DNA of 64,000 nt from Anaeromyxobacter sp. (GTDB taxonomy: Bacteria; Myxococcota; Myxococcia; Myxococcales; Anaeromyxobacteraceae). Positions 1 through 11,510 of the stretch are shown one piece after another. Below the pieces are notes generated by a model, which did no database searches, was not told the origin of the DNA, and worked only from the letters and a program-made list of their open reading frames with translations. Both the position numbers and the translations under genes were made by a program. Every line of letters starts with the position of its first letter. The stretch's first letter is position 1. The stretch lies in contig JASGJN010000017.1 of NCBI GenBank assembly GCA_049840735.1, positions 160,001 through 224,000 on the forward strand, read 5' to 3'.

Positions 1-479
1 CTCCAGCTCCAGCTCGAGCGCCGGCAAGAGCCACCACCTGAGCGGCACGGTCTCCGAAGTACGACCCGACCGCCCGCGAGATCACGCTCTCCAACTCCAG
101 CAAGAAGCTGCACCTGTCGGACAGCACGCAGGTGACCAAGGACGGCCAGACGGCGTCCATCAGCGACATCAAGGAGGGCGATTCGATCCGCGCCAGCTAC
201 TCCGGCAGCGGCTCGGCGATGCAGGTGACCAAGATCGAGGTCACCAGCTCCGGCTCCGGCAGCTCCGGCTCCACCGGCAGCTCGACCACCGGCTCGGGCT
301 CCAGCAGCACCGGCGACACCACCGGCGGCAGCTCCAGCTCCGGCAGCGGCTCCAGCACCACCCCGGACTCCGGCAGCTCGGGCTCGGACAGCTCCGGCGC
401 GGGCTCGCCGGACGCCGGCTCCACCTCCGGCTCCGGCACCTCCGGCACCGGCTCCAGCAGCGGCGGCACCACCCCGTAG
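1..479 (+). CDS. 5'-truncated Ser/Gly/Thr-rich protein with a small beta-rich (DUF5666-like) domain
   Basis: ORF 132-479 continues upstream (HHLSGTVS...REITL...KLHLSDSTQVTKDG...IKEGDSIRASY) with apparent indels near 55-75; low-complexity S/G tail. Confidence 0.5.
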
Positions 480-570
480 GCAGCCAGCGACGATCAGCAG
501 CAAGGCGAGGGCGGGTGCCATCCGGCGCCCGCCCTCCCTGCATCAGAGCGCCGCCGCGCGGCGTGCGCGC

Positions 571-981
571 TCAGCGCGCCGACGAGTCGGGCCCGCCCTG
601 CTCCTGCGCGTGGCCAGCCTCGTGCGCCGCGATGTCGGCGCGGACCTTGTCCATGTCGATGGCGCGGACCTGGCGGATGAGGTCCTCCAGCGCCTCCTCC
701 GGCAGCGCGCCCGGCTGCTGGAAGAGCATCACCCGGTCGCGCAGGATCATCAGCGTCGGGATCGACATGATCTGGAACTCGGCCGCCAGCTCCTGCTGCT
801 CCTCGGTGTTCACCTTGCCGAAGGTGATGTCCGGGTGGGCCCGGGCCACCTTCTCGAAGGTGGGAGCGAAGATGCGGCACGGCCCGCACCAGGACGCCCA
901 CCAGTCCAGCAGGACGATGCCGTCCTTCTCCGCGATGCTCTTGAAGTTCTCCGACGTGACGGCGACGGTGGCCTCGACCAT
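571..981 (-). CDS. trxA: thioredoxin
   Basis: WCGPC active site, SIPTL motif; ATG at 981 preceded by GAGGA. Confidence 0.9.
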   Translation of the reverse strand: MVEATVAVTSENFKSIAEKDGIVLLDWWASWCGPCRIFAPTFEKVARAHPDITFGKVNTEEQQELAAEFQIMSIPTLMILRDRVMLFQQPGALPEEALEDLIRQVRAIDMDKVRADIAAHEAGHAQEQGGPDSSAR

Positions 982-1229
982 TTTCCTCATCCCTTCCACG
1001 CCCTGACCTCGGTTCGGCCAGCGGCGGCGCTCATGTGGGGTCGTCCCGGACAGCCCGGGATCTCTCACCCCTCAGATGTGATCCCGCCCGGGCCGAAAGG
1101 ATTCGGCCCCGACGGGGCGAGCGCCGCTGGGCACCGCGGGCAGGAAGCGCGGACAGCCCTCCGCCCCCTTGCCGCGCTGGGGCGGCGGGACGGAGGGCTG
1201 CGGGGCCCGCGCAGGCGCGAGGCGCCGAC

Positions 1230-1779
1230 CTACCGCGAGGGCGGGTACTTGTGCAGCTTGCGCTGCAGCGAGCGGCGGTGGATGCCGAGCCGGCGAGCGG
1301 CCTCGGAGATGTTGCCGCCGCAGTCGGTCAGCACGCGCTGGATGTGCTCCCACTCCGCACGGGCCAGCGAGGGGGTCTCGATCCCCTTCTCCTTGGCCGT
1401 GTTGGTGCCGTGGAGCGCGGCCAGGATTCGTCCGCGTCGGCCGGCTTGGGCAGGTAGCCCACGGCCCCCTCGCGCACCGCCTCGACGGCGGTGGAGATGC
1501 TGCCGTAGCCGGTCAGCATCAGCACGCGGGTCGACGGGTCGACGCGGCGGAGCTCCTTCAGCACCTCGATGCCCGAGCCGCCCGGCATCTTGAGGTCGAC
1601 CACCGCCATCTCCGGCGAGTCCTTGGCCGCCTCGCGCAGCGCCTCCTCGGGAGACCCTGCGGTGCGCACCTCGTACCCGCGGTCGCGGATGGCCGTGGCG
1701 AGCCGCTCCCGGAGCACCTCGTCATCGTCCACCAGGAGGATGCTCGGAGGTTCTCGCGGCTCGTCGCTTCGCTGTTCAT
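1230..1779 (-). CDS. regA: RegA/PrrA/ActR-type response regulator (apparent frameshifts)
   Basis: Receiver DDD...VVDLKMPG...LTGYGSI...YLPKPAD; C-terminal EWEHIQRVL...NISEAARRLGIHRRSLQRKL read across indels. Confidence 0.8.
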
Positions 1780-3129
1780 GCGCTGCTCCTCTCGCCGGCC
1801 TCCACGGCCGGCAGCTCGATCGTCACCTTCGACCCCTGGCCTGGCGTCGAGGCGATGTGAAGCTCGCCGCCCAGCTGCTCGGCGAGCGCGCGGGTCAGGA
1901 ACAGGCCCAGCCCCATTCCCTCCCCCGGGACCTTGGTGGTGAAGAACGGCTCGCCCACGCGCGCGAGCACGTCCGGCGGCATGCCGCGGCCGCGGTCGGT
2001 GACCGTGGCCCGCACGCGCCCGTTGGTGGCCGCCATGTGCAGGTCGACCGTGGCCCCGGCGGGCGAGGCCTGGAAGGCGTTCTTCATGAGGTTCCGGAGC
2101 GTCTCGGCGAGCGCCTTGGGCGGCCCGGCGATGGAGAGCCCCTCGGCCCCCGGATTGACCTTCACCTTCACGCGGTCGCGCGGCGGCAGGCCGTCGAGCG
2201 CGCTGTCGATCCAGGTGCGGATGGGGAAGCTCCGGAACGGCTCGCCCATGTTGGCGCCGGCGTGCGCCGACATGCGGTCGAGGATTCCGCGGCAGCGGGC
2301 GATTCTGGTCCCGCACCAGCTGCAGGTCGCCCCGCACCTCGGCGGAGACCGAGCTGGCCAGCGAGCGCTGCAGCTCCTTGGTCACGATGGCGATGGTGGA
2401 GAGCGGCGTGGAGAGTTCGTGCGCCGCGCCGGCCGCCAGCGTCGCCAGCGAGGCCAGCTTCTCGCGCTTCTCCGCCCGCGCCTTGTGCTCGCGCAGCTCG
2501 CGCTCGCGGATGGCCAGCGCGTAGGTCACGCGGTGGACGAAGAAGACCACGAAGACCGAGGCCAGCCCGAGGGCGATCCACATGCCCTGCAGGTGCGCCT
2601 GGATCAGCTCGGCCTGCCCCAGCGCCGGGTGCGCGTGGCGCCCGCCGTTCGCGGCGTCGTGGACGAAGAGCCAGCCGAAGCCGCCCATCGAGGCGAGCAG
2701 CAGGAGCCAGGACCAGCGCGGCGGCAGCAGCACCGCGGCCAGCGCCACGTTGACGAGGTAGAGCGCGGAGAACGGGTTGGCGGCCCCGCCGGTGAGGTCG
2801 AGCAGGACGGTCAGGACGGCCGCGTCCACCACCATCACCGCGGCGATCACGCCGTCGGTGACACGGGCGCGGCGGGCCACCGCACCCAGCGCCAGGTTGC
2901 CCGCCACCTCGGCCGCAAAGAGGACGCCCAGCATGGCGACCGGCAGCCCGATGTGGGTCCAGGCCTGCGCCCCGGCGATGATCACCGCCTGCCCGAGGAT
3001 CGCCCACCAGTGAAGCTGGACCAGCCAGGACAGGTTGTGGCGGCCGCGCGCCTCGCGCGCCGACAGCGCCCGGGCGGCGGGCGTGGAGCCGCCGTCAGGC
3101 GCAGCCGCGCCAGCGGCTTCGTCGGTCAC
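1776..3129 (-). CDS. regB: RegB/PrrB-type membrane sensor histidine kinase (apparent frameshift ~2300)
   Basis: TM region with GGAANPF motif, H-box AAHELSTPL, G-boxes DRGRGM / PFFTTK / GMGLGLF; overlaps regA start; start approximate. Confidence 0.85.
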
Positions 3130-3271
3130 CGGGAACTGTAGTCGAACCACTGACCTCACCCGCGCATGGAACCGTGACAAACTACCACAAACGGGGAGCC
3201 GAAGTATGTCCCGCCCCACGTCCCCAACTGCCTTGACGCATGACAGGTCGGTCCGTAGCCTCCCCCCTTCG

Positions 3272-3568
3272 ATGAGAGGCCGTCGCCGCACCGTGGCCAG
3301 CGTCCTGGCGGACGCCCTGGCGCATCGCCCCGAGGCCGGCGCGGTGGCGCTGGCCGTGGCCTTCGCCGAGGCCTGCGGGCCGCGCCTGGCGCAGGAAGCG
3401 TCGCTGCGCGGCCCGCTGCGCGACGGTCGGCTGCTGGTGCTGGTCCGTTCCGCCGCATGGGCCGATCAGCTGGCCGCGCTCGAGGTCGAGATCTGCGCCC
3501 GCGTCAACGCGCGCATGGGGCGAGAGGTCGCGCGCGGCCTCGAGATCCGGCTGGCTCCGGAGCGCTGA
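3272..3568 (+). CDS. DUF721/DciA family protein
   Basis: ~98 aa with G.L.V.V.S.AWA.QL pattern typical of DciA/DUF721. Confidence 0.7.
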   Translation: MRGRRRTVASVLADALAHRPEAGAVALAVAFAEACGPRLAQEASLRGPLRDGRLLVLVRSAAWADQLAALEVEICARVNARMGREVARGLEIRLAPER

Positions 3569-3569
3569 C

Positions 3570-5198
3570 GTGCGGGGGACCCGCGCCGCCCTCCCGCAGC
3601 CAGGCCCGGCGCGCGCCTGGGCCGCAGCGCTGCTGGCTGCCCTCGCCGGCTGCCTGTCGCATCCACCGGCCGCGCCCGCCGAGCCGGCCCTGCTGCCGGC
3701 CTCGGTCCAGGCCGGCCGGGCCCCTCCGCCGGCCGCGGCGGCGCCGGCCGACTACGGCCGCGATCCGGAGGTGGAGCTCGCGCCGGTGGAGAAGGCCGCG
3801 CTGGACGCGCTCCGCGCCGCGCCCGGCGGCGCCGCGCTCCGCATGAGCGGCGCGCTGGTCCGCGCCGCGCGCGAGCTGGCGGCGCGCGCCGCCCGCGGCG
3901 AGCGGTCCGCGCTCGACCCGGCCGCGCTCCGCGGCGCGCTGGCCCGCGGCCAAAGCTACGACCCCGGGCCGGAGATCTACCTCGTCTCCGGCGCGGCCAG
4001 CGGCATCCCCGACGCGCTGACCCGCCTCGTCTCCGGCGGCCCGGCCACGCACCTGGGCGTGGGCGCGGTGGAGCAGGACGGGCGCGTGGTGGCGGTGCTG
4101 CTCAAGGCCGACCGGCGCGTCCTGCTCGACCCCTTCCCGCGCGCGGTGGCGCCCGGCGGCAGCGCCCGCCTGGCCGGGCGGCTGCACCGCGAGCTGGTCC
4201 ACCCGCGCGCCTTCCTCACCCTGCCCTCGGGCCAGGCGCGCGAGCTGGAGGTCCGCGGCACCGGGCAGGCCTTCCAAGCGCAGGTGCAGCTCCCGGCGCA
4301 GGGGCGCTACCTGCTGGAGGTGGTGGCGGAGGGGGCCGCCGGGCCGGAGGTCACGGCGCTGCTGGTGATCTCGGCGGGCGGCGCCGCGCTCGACGCGCCG
4401 GGACCCGCCCCCGCCGCCGACCCGGCCTCGCTCGAGGCGGCCGAGGCGGCGGTGCTGCGCGCGCTCAACGCCACCCGCTCGCGCCAGCGGCTGCCGCCGC
4501 TCCGGGCCGATCCGGCGGTGGCCGCGGTGGCCCGCCGCCACGCGGAGGCCATGCGCGCGGCCGGGCTGGTGGCGCACGTGCTGCCCGGCAGCCCGGGCCC
4601 GGACGCCCGGCTCCGGGCCGCGGGGCTGCCCTTCGCGGCGGTGCGGGAGAACGTGGCCCAGGCGCGCACGGCGCTGCAGGCGCACGCGACCATCGAGGAG
4701 AGCCCGGCCCACCTGGCGAACCTGCTCGACCCGCAGCTCACGCGGGCCGGCGTGGGCGTGGCGCGCGGCCAGCTGCCCAACGGCGACCCGACCACCTACC
4801 TGTGCGAGGTGCTGCTGCGGGCGCCGGACGAGGCCCGGCGCGGGAGCCGGCTCACGCCTGCGGCGCGGGTGCGCGAGGCGCTGTGGGCCGAGCGGGCCAG
4901 GCTGGGACTGCCGCCGCTCACCGCCGACCTGGAGCTGGACGCGCTGGCGGACGAGGCGGCGGCGCGGCTCCTGGCCAGCGACGGGGAGGACGACGGCGGG
5001 GCGGCCCGGCGCGCGCTGGACCTGCCGCGCGCGCTGGCGGCGGTGGACCGCTTCGTGGTCGAATCGCCGACCGACGCCGTGCGCTCGGCCAACCTGCGGC
5101 AGCCGGGGCTGCGCCGGGTGGGCGTCGGGGTGCGGGAGGGAGACAGCCGCCGCCTGGGACGGGGACGGCTGTTCATCTCCGTGGTCTACTCGGATTGA
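3570..5198 (+). CDS. CAP (SCP)-domain lipoprotein
   Basis: Lipobox LLAALAGC; LN..R....LPPL, A..HA..M, ENVA, SPAH.ANL, GVGV motifs; additional degenerate CAP-like repeats. Confidence 0.8.
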   Translation: MRGTRAALPQPGPARAWAAALLAALAGCLSHPPAAPAEPALLPASVQAGRAPPPAAAAPADYGRDPEVELAPVEKAALDALRAAPGGAALRMSGALVRAARELAARAARGERSALDPAALRGALARGQSYDPGPEIYLVSGAASGIPDALTRLVSGGPATHLGVGAVEQDGRVVAVLLKADRRVLLDPFPRAVAPGGSARLAGRLHRELVHPRAFLTLPSGQARELEVRGTGQAFQAQVQLPAQGRYLLEVVAEGAAGPEVTALLVISAGGAALDAPGPAPAADPASLEAAEAAVLRALNATRSRQRLPPLRADPAVAAVARRHAEAMRAAGLVAHVLPGSPGPDARLRAAGLPFAAVRENVAQARTALQAHATIEESPAHLANLLDPQLTRAGVGVARGQLPNGDPTTYLCEVLLRAPDEARRGSRLTPAARVREALWAERARLGLPPLTADLELDALADEAAARLLASDGEDDGGAARRALDLPRALAAVDRFVVESPTDAVRSANLRQPGLRRVGVGVREGDSRRLGRGRLFISVVYSD

Positions 5199-5216
5199 CC
5201 GGACGTGAAGACCTGC

Positions 5217-5441
5217 CTAGGCCAGCCGCCGCTGCGTGGCGTAGCTCTCGAGCCCGCCCTCGACCTTGGGCTGCAGGTCGTGGAGCGAGCAGCGCTGGCA
5301 GGTCCAGCTGTTCCAGCCCTTGGTGACGGCCTCGTCCAGGCAGGCGTCGTAGTGGTTGCAGAAGAGGTTCCGGTGCCCCTCGACGCCGCGGTCCGGGTTG
5401 ATGGGCGCGGTCAGCTCCGTCGGGCTCGGCTTGTCGAACAC
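5217..5441 (-). CDS. small Cys-rich hypothetical protein (74 aa)
   Basis: GTG start after GAGGAG; codon usage typical of the window; C-x5-C...WxxWxCxxC. Confidence 0.7.
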   Translation of the reverse strand: MFDKPSPTELTAPINPDRGVEGHRNLFCNHYDACLDEAVTKGWNSWTCQRCSLHDLQPKVEGGLESYATQRRLA

Positions 5442-5663
5442 GGTGGACTCCTCACGGATGGCCTGGCCATCCTCCGATGCGGCGCGACGGTGCATCACCG
5501 GCCCCCCTCCGTCGCCGCCGGCCCCCTCCGCGAGGCACCGGCGATCCGCCCAGCGCTATCGAGACTTCGACTGGCGTGCGGTCGCTCGTCTGGACGGCCG
5601 GACGCCGGCGCTATATCGCAACCCCACATGCAGCGAGTCAAGGCCACCCCCTCCCCCGCCCAG

Positions 5664-7914
5664 GTGAGCGCGCCGCACACCCGGAAACCCTGCGCCGGCG
5701 CGAGGGTTTGCACGCCGGCGCCGCGGGCGGCCCGCGCGCTGCTCGCGGGGCTCCTGGCCGCTTCCTGCACGGCGGCGAGGGCCTCCGACACCCCGCTGTG
5801 CGACTGGCTCTCGGGGATCGGGGACGCGGCGCAGGCGCTGACGGACGGCCGGCCCGAAGCCTCGGCCGCGGCGGCGCGCCGGGCGCTCGAGGCCCGGCCG
5901 CACGCCGCCGCCGGGGCCCGCGCCTCTGCGGCGCTGGGGCTGGCGCTGGCGGCGGCGAGCCAGCCCGGTCCGGCCGCCGACGCGCTGGAGGTGGCGCTGG
6001 CCGCGCCGGCCGTCGGCGCGCGCGCCCACCTCACCCTGGCGCGCGCGCAGGCCCTGGCCGCGGCCGGCCGGGCGCCGGAGGCGGCGCGGGTGATGGCGGA
6101 GGCCTCCAGCGCGGCGGGCGCGCTCTGGGTGGCGCGCCGGGCCGGCTTCCTGGAGGGCCGGGCGCTGCTGGCGGCGGGGCTGCCGGGCGACGCGGCCGAC
6201 CGCCTGGAGGAGGCGCTGCGGCGCGCGCCGGACGACCCGCTGGCGCAGGGGGCGCGGCTCGACCTGGCCGCGGCGCGGCGCGCGCTGGGCGACGACGCCG
6301 CGGCCCTGGCCCGGCTGCGCGAGGCCTGGCTGGCCGCCGGCACCCCCGAGGCAGAGACGGCCGGCGCGCGGCTGCAGGCCTGGCGCGCGGCGGGCGGCCC
6401 GCTGCCGCCCCCGGCCGCCGACGACCACCTGGCGCGCGCGACGCGCTTCCTGGAGGACGGCCGGCCGGAGGAGGCGCTGCGCGAGCTGGAGGCGGCGCGC
6501 CGCGCCGAGAGCCCGGCCTCCCGGCCCGAGCTGGGCGACGCCCTGCGGGCCTCGGCGCTGGTGGCGCTGGGGCGGCTGGACGAGGCCGAGCGGACGGCCG
6601 CGCCGCTGGACGGGGCGGCCGACCAGGAGGTCCGCCGCGCGGCCACCCTGGTGCTGGCGCGCGTGGCGGCGCGGACGGGACGGCTGCAGGACGCGGTGGC
6701 GGGCTACGAGGCGGTGGCGCGCTCGCAGGCGCTGGTGCCGGGCCTGCCCGGCTGGCGCCAGCGCGAGCTGGGCGACGAGGCGGCCTACCTGGCCGCCTGG
6801 CTGCCCTACGACGCCGGCGACCTGGCCCGCGCGGTGGGCACGCTGGAGGGGTTCGCCCGGGCCCACCCGCGCTCGCGCCGCGCCGACGACGCGCTCTGGT
6901 TCGCCGGCTGGTCGCGCTACCTCTTGGGCCGCAGGGCCGAGGCGGCCCGCACCTTCGCGCGCCTCACCGCGACGCCCATCGGCGACGCCGCCCTCTACTG
7001 GCAGGCCCGGGCCCTGGGCGGCGCGCGGGCCCGCCCGCTCCTGCGGCGCGCGGCGGCGCTGGGCGGCGACGGCTGGTACGGCCTGCTGGCCCGCGCCCGG
7101 CTCGCCGCGCTGGGCGAGCAGGTGGCCCGGCCCGAGGCGGCGCCGGGCAAGCCCCTCCCGGACGCGGCCACGCCCGAGCTCGCCGGGCCGCTGGCGGTGG
7201 CCGCAGAGTGCCTGGGCCTGGGGCTGGAGGACGACGGGCTGGCCGAGCTGAGGGCCCTGGCCGGCGCGCCGCGCGTGCGCGCCTCGGCGGCGCTGGTGGC
7301 GCAGCTGGCCGCCTTCGCGGGCGACGCGGAGATCCCCTTCCGCATCAGCCGCGACCACCTGGGCGCCACCCGCCGCACGGTCCGCTGGAGCCACCCCGAG
7401 CCCGAGGCTGCGCTGGTGGCGAAGGCCAGCGCCGGGGCGGGCGTGGATCCCGCGCTGGCCTACGCGGTGATGCGGCGCGAGAGCAACTTCCGCCGGCACA
7501 TCCGCAGCGGCGCCGGCGCCGAGGGGCTGATGCAGCTGCGGCCGGCCACCGCCGAGCGCGTGGCCTCGGTGCTGGGGCTGGCGGAGGGGGCCGGCGCGCG
7601 GCTGGGCGATCCGGAGCTCAACCTGGCGCTGGGCATCCACTACCTCGGCCTGCTCGGCTCCCGCTTCGGCGATCCCGCCGCCACCCTGGCGGCCTACAAC
7701 GCCGGGCCGGTCCCGGCCGCGGGCTGGGCCCGGGCGCGCGCCGGCATGCCGCTCGACGAGTGGGTGGAGTGCGTCCCGTTCCGCGAGACGCGCCAGTACC
7801 TCAAGAATCGTGCTGGCGGACTGGGACGTGTACCGCGGCCTGCGGGGCGAGCCGCCCGCCCCGCTCGACCCCGCCCGCGCCGTGACGGCGCCGGCGCAGG
7901 GCGTGGGGTTCTGA
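5664..7914 (+). CDS. soluble lytic transglycosylase (SLT domain) with TPR-like region; apparent frameshift ~7808
   Basis: AVMRRES.F, GLMQL, AAYNAG, PFRETRQY motifs; start approximate. Confidence 0.85.
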
Positions 7915-7934
7915 GGCGCGGCGGGGCGAGGGCG

Positions 7935-8816
7935 TCAGCCCCCGTGAGATGCCGCCGCCGCGACGGCGGCGAGGATGGCGTCGCCCATGCGCCGCAGCAC
8001 CGAGGGCGTGACTCCCGGCAGCCGCGCCAGCTCCGCCTCGGCGGCGGGGCGGCGGCGGGCGATCTCCAGCATGGTCAGGTCCGCCAGCACCTTGAACGGC
8101 GGGCGGTCCGCGGCCTGGGCCCGCTGCTCCCGCGCCAGGTAGAGCGCGCGCAGGATGGCCTTCCCCGGCGCGTCCAGCTCGCGCCCGCCCTTGATGCGGC
8201 GCCAGCCGTCCGGGTCGAAGACCCGCTCGCGCGGCTCGACGGCGGCGATCTTCTCGAACTCCTGCTGCGCCTCCGCGGCCAGGCCGCGGGCGGCCAGCTC
8301 CCCCGCCAGCGCGGCGTGGAGCGGCAGGAGGAAGTGCGTGTCCAGCGCCGCGTAGGCCAGCTGCTCCCGGGTCAGCGGCCGGCGCCCCCAGTCCGAGCGC
8401 TGGAACGACTTGGAGAGGCGCACGCCGAACTGCGCCTCGACCAGCGCCGAGAGCCCGAGCCCGGGGCGGCCCAGCCGCCGCGCCGCGGCCATGGTGTCGA
8501 ACAGGCGCGGCAGGCGCCAGCCGTACTCGCGCTTGAGGCAGCGGACGTCGTAGTCGGCGCCGTGCAGCACCGTCTCGCGGCCGCCGCAGAGCACCTCGCC
8601 CAGCGGGCGCACGTCCACCGCCAGCGGGTCCACCACGTGGTCGGAGTGCGGCGTGGAGAGCTGGATCAGGCAGACCCGCTCCCGGTACACGTGGAAGCTG
8701 TTGGACTCGGTGTCGAGCGCCACCACCGGCTCGGCGCGCAGCCGCTCGACCAGGCTGGCCAGGGCCTCTGGGGTGGCGACGAGCTGGGGGGGCGGGGTGT
8801 CGGACATCGCGGCCAT
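7935..8816 (-). CDS. rnd: ribonuclease D (DEDDy 3'-5' exonuclease + HRDC)
   Basis: ALDTE, CLIQL, H...YD, SDW..RPLT..QL.YAA.D; C-terminal HRDC. Confidence 0.85.
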   Translation of the reverse strand: MAAMSDTPPPQLVATPEALASLVERLRAEPVVALDTESNSFHVYRERVCLIQLSTPHSDHVVDPLAVDVRPLGEVLCGGRETVLHGADYDVRCLKREYGWRLPRLFDTMAAARRLGRPGLGLSALVEAQFGVRLSKSFQRSDWGRRPLTREQLAYAALDTHFLLPLHAALAGELAARGLAAEAQQEFEKIAAVEPRERVFDPDGWRRIKGGRELDAPGKAILRALYLAREQRAQAADRPPFKVLADLTMLEIARRRPAAEAELARLPGVTPSVLRRMGDAILAAVAAAASHGG

Positions 8817-8817
8817 A

Positions 8818-9750
8818 CTACCGCGACCCCGGGCCGGCGAGCGCCACCGCGACCGCCCCGGCCACCGCGGCGTTCCGCTCCAGCAGCGCCAGGTTGGCGC
8901 GCCGGGAGCGCCCGCCGGTGGCCTGCGCCACCGCCCCGAGCAGGAAGGGCGTGGCGGCCTTCCCGCGCACCCCCTGGCGCCGGGCCTCGGCCAGCCCCTG
9001 CTCCACCGCCGCCTCCACCTGCTCGCGGTCCACCGGCTCCGGCGGCGGCACCACCAGCAGCACCCCCTCGCGCCGCCCCAGGCCGTCCCAGTGCAGCTGG
9101 AGCACGCGCGCCGCGCCGGCCGCGTCCTCCACCCGGTGCTCCAGGGCCACGCCGCTGCCGGACGCGTAGAACGCCGGCAGCTCGGAGGTCCCGAGCCCCA
9201 GCACCGGCACGCCCAGGGTCTCCAGCGCCTCGGCCGTGGCGGGCAGGTCCAGGATCACCTTGGGGCCTGCGCACACCACGCACACCGGGGCCCTCGCCAG
9301 CTCGGGGAGATTGGCCGAGACGTCGCCGGCCCAGGCCGGCGGCGCGCCGCCCACGCGGTGGACCCCGCCGATGCCCCCGGTGGCGAAGAGCCTGATCCCG
9401 ACCCGCGCGGCCAGCGCAGCGGTGGCCGACACGGTGGTGCCGGCGTCCCGCCCGGCGGCGATCAGCGGGGCCAGATCGCGCGCTGCCGCCTTGGCCGGGC
9501 GCCGGGCCGGGTCCGCCAGCCGCTCCAACCCCGCCCGGTCCAGCCCCACCACCACCTTGCCGCCCAGCAGCCCGATGGCGGCCGGCAGCGCCCCCGCCGC
9601 CCGCACCGCGTCGGCGCAGCGCAGGGCCGCCTCCAGGTTCTCCGGCGGGGGGAGCCCCTGGGCCACCACGCTGGTCTCCAGCGCCACCACCGGCCCGCCC
9701 CGCGCCAGCGCGTTGCGGACCTCCTCGGCGACCTCGATCACGGGCGTCAT
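8818..9750 (-). CDS. psuG: pseudouridine-5'-phosphate glycosidase
   Basis: [44 protein letters not shown] motifs. Confidence 0.9.
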   Translation of the reverse strand: MTPVIEVAEEVRNALARGGPVVALETSVVAQGLPPPENLEAALRCADAVRAAGALPAAIGLLGGKVVVGLDRAGLERLADPARRPAKAAARDLAPLIAAGRDAGTTVSATAALAARVGIRLFATGGIGGVHRVGGAPPAWAGDVSANLPELARAPVCVVCAGPKVILDLPATAEALETLGVPVLGLGTSELPAFYASGSGVALEHRVEDAAGAARVLQLHWDGLGRREGVLLVVPPPEPVDREQVEAAVEQGLAEARRQGVRGKAATPFLLGAVAQATGGRSRRANLALLERNAAVAGAVAVALAGPGSR

Positions 9751-9831
9751 TGCGGGCAGTCTAGCCAGGGACGGGCGCCCGGCGCGCGTGGTATGCAGAC
9801 GCCGCCCGACCGAGGGCCCCGAGGACCCTGC

Positions 9832-10611
9832 ATGCTGCTCGCCCGACTCCGCGGCCTCTTCGTGCTGGTCTACGGCGCCATCACCATGGCGCTGTTCTTC
9901 GCGATCAGCCTCCCGGTGATGGTCCTCACCCGGTCCGGCGACCTCCCCATCTGGCTGGCCCGCTTCGCCTGGTCCCCCTCGGCCATGTGGCTCAGCCGCT
10001 CGCCGGTCCGGCTGCGCCCGCTGCCCCCGCTGCCGGACGGGCCGGTGATCTTCGCCTCCAACCACGAGAGCGCGCTCGACATCTGGATCCTCCTGGCCCA
10101 CCTGCCCCGCCCCATCCGCTTCGTGGCCAAGGCGGAGCTGTTCCGGATCCCCATCTTCGGCTGGTACATGCGGCTGGGCGGCCACGTGCCGGTGGAGCGG
10201 GCCAACCGCACCCAGGCCGTGGCCTCGCTCCGGCACGCCGGCGAGCTGGTCAGGGCCGGCACCTCGCTGATCGTCTTCCCGGAGGGGACCCGCTCGCTCG
10301 ACCGGCGCATCCTGCCGTTCAAGAAGGGGCCGTTCGTGCTGGCGATGGAGGCGGGCGTGCCCATCGTGCCGGTGGCCATCTCCGGTTCGGGCGCGGTCAC
10401 GCCCAGCAAGGTGGTCGCCATCTGGCCGGGGCCGATCGACGTGGCAGTCGGCGCCCCGATCGACCCGCGCGACCACCCCGGGCGCAACGAGCTCCTGCTG
10501 GAGGTGCGGCGCCGGATCATCGCGCTGCACCGCGAGCTGGGCGGCCTGGGCGGCGACGAGTCGCAGGGCGTGGCGCGCGGGGAAGGCGGGCGGGACCAGG
10601 TGGGACGTTGA
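9832..10611 (+). CDS. plsC: 1-acyl-sn-glycerol-3-phosphate (lysophospholipid) acyltransferase
   Basis: NHxSxxD, FVAK.EL, FPEGTRS, PFKKG motifs. Confidence 0.85.
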   Translation: MLLARLRGLFVLVYGAITMALFFAISLPVMVLTRSGDLPIWLARFAWSPSAMWLSRSPVRLRPLPPLPDGPVIFASNHESALDIWILLAHLPRPIRFVAKAELFRIPIFGWYMRLGGHVPVERANRTQAVASLRHAGELVRAGTSLIVFPEGTRSLDRRILPFKKGPFVLAMEAGVPIVPVAISGSGAVTPSKVVAIWPGPIDVAVGAPIDPRDHPGRNELLLEVRRRIIALHRELGGLGGDESQGVARGEGGRDQVGR

Positions 10612-10654
10612 ACGACTTGTGGCTCACTCCGCGCGGAGGGTACGATCCGTGGCC

Positions 10655-11131
10655 ATGAAGGAAGGCTCCCCGCTCGACGCGCGCGCCGCGGCGCACAAGG
10701 TGAAGGACCTGGCGCGGGACCTGGCCGGTGAGCTGGCCGAGGGCTACCGGAAGTCCACCCGCTACTTCAAGCTGCGCGCGGCCGTGATCGGCACCTGGGT
10801 GGCGCTGTCGCTCGTGACCGTCTGGGCGGCCTGCCCCTCCACCGGTCCCGGCAACTCGCTCGGCGCCGAGATCCGGCTGTCCGAGGGCGCCGGCGTCGGC
10901 ACGCAGATCGTGGTGGTCAACACCACCGACACCATCTGGCGCGACGTGGTGATCACCGTGGACGACGACTGGTCCCACGCCATCACCACCGTGCGTGGCG
11001 GGGAGCACGTGGTGGTGGCGCTGGAGAAGTTCCAGCGCAGCGGCGCCCACCCGCCGCAGGAGCTGAAGCCCCGGACCATCACCGTCTCCTGCTCCGAGGG
11101 GACCGTGCGCACGCCCGTCGGGCGGAGGTGA
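10655..11131 (+). CDS. hypothetical single-pass membrane protein
   Basis: ORF with one hydrophobic segment and typical codon usage; overlaps next gene (GTGA). Confidence 0.6.
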   Translation: MKEGSPLDARAAAHKVKDLARDLAGELAEGYRKSTRYFKLRAAVIGTWVALSLVTVWAACPSTGPGNSLGAEIRLSEGAGVGTQIVVVNTTDTIWRDVVITVDDDWSHAITTVRGGEHVVVALEKFQRSGAHPPQELKPRTITVSCSEGTVRTPVGRR

Positions 11132-11499
11132 CCGCCGTGTCCCACCGCATCCTGCTGGTCGACGACGACGCGGAGATCTGCGACTTCCTGGCCGTGCTCC
11201 TGGAGCTCGAGGGGCTGCAGCCGGTGGTGGCGCAGACCGCCGACCGGGCGCTGGCGCTGCTGGGCGACGCCGCGGCGGTGCTGCTGGACGTGGCCATGCC
11301 CGGCGTGGACGGGCTGGAGCTGTGCCGCCGGATGCGCGCCGCCGGGTTCCGCGGCCCGGTGCTGGTGGTCTCGGCCCGGCCCGGCCCCGACCTGCCGCAC
11401 AAGGCCGCCGAGGCCGGCGCCGACGGCTTCGTGCGCAAGCCCTTCGAGAACGCCGAGCTGGTGGCGCGGCTGCACGCGCTGCTCGCGCCGGTCGCCTGA
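11128..11499 (+). CDS. single-domain response regulator (CheY-like)
   Basis: ILLVDDD, LLDVAMPGVDG, KPF motifs. Confidence 0.9.
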   Translation: MTAVSHRILLVDDDAEICDFLAVLLELEGLQPVVAQTADRALALLGDAAAVLLDVAMPGVDGLELCRRMRAAGFRGPVLVVSARPGPDLPHKAAEAGADGFVRKPFENAELVARLHALLAPVA

Positions 11500-11510
11500 G
11501 GCCGCCGCCC

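Noticed and set aside
5205..9395. 1396-aa giant fusion protein
   Set aside because: It is the SLT gene running on because of an indel near 7808, into sequence antisense to rnd and psuG.
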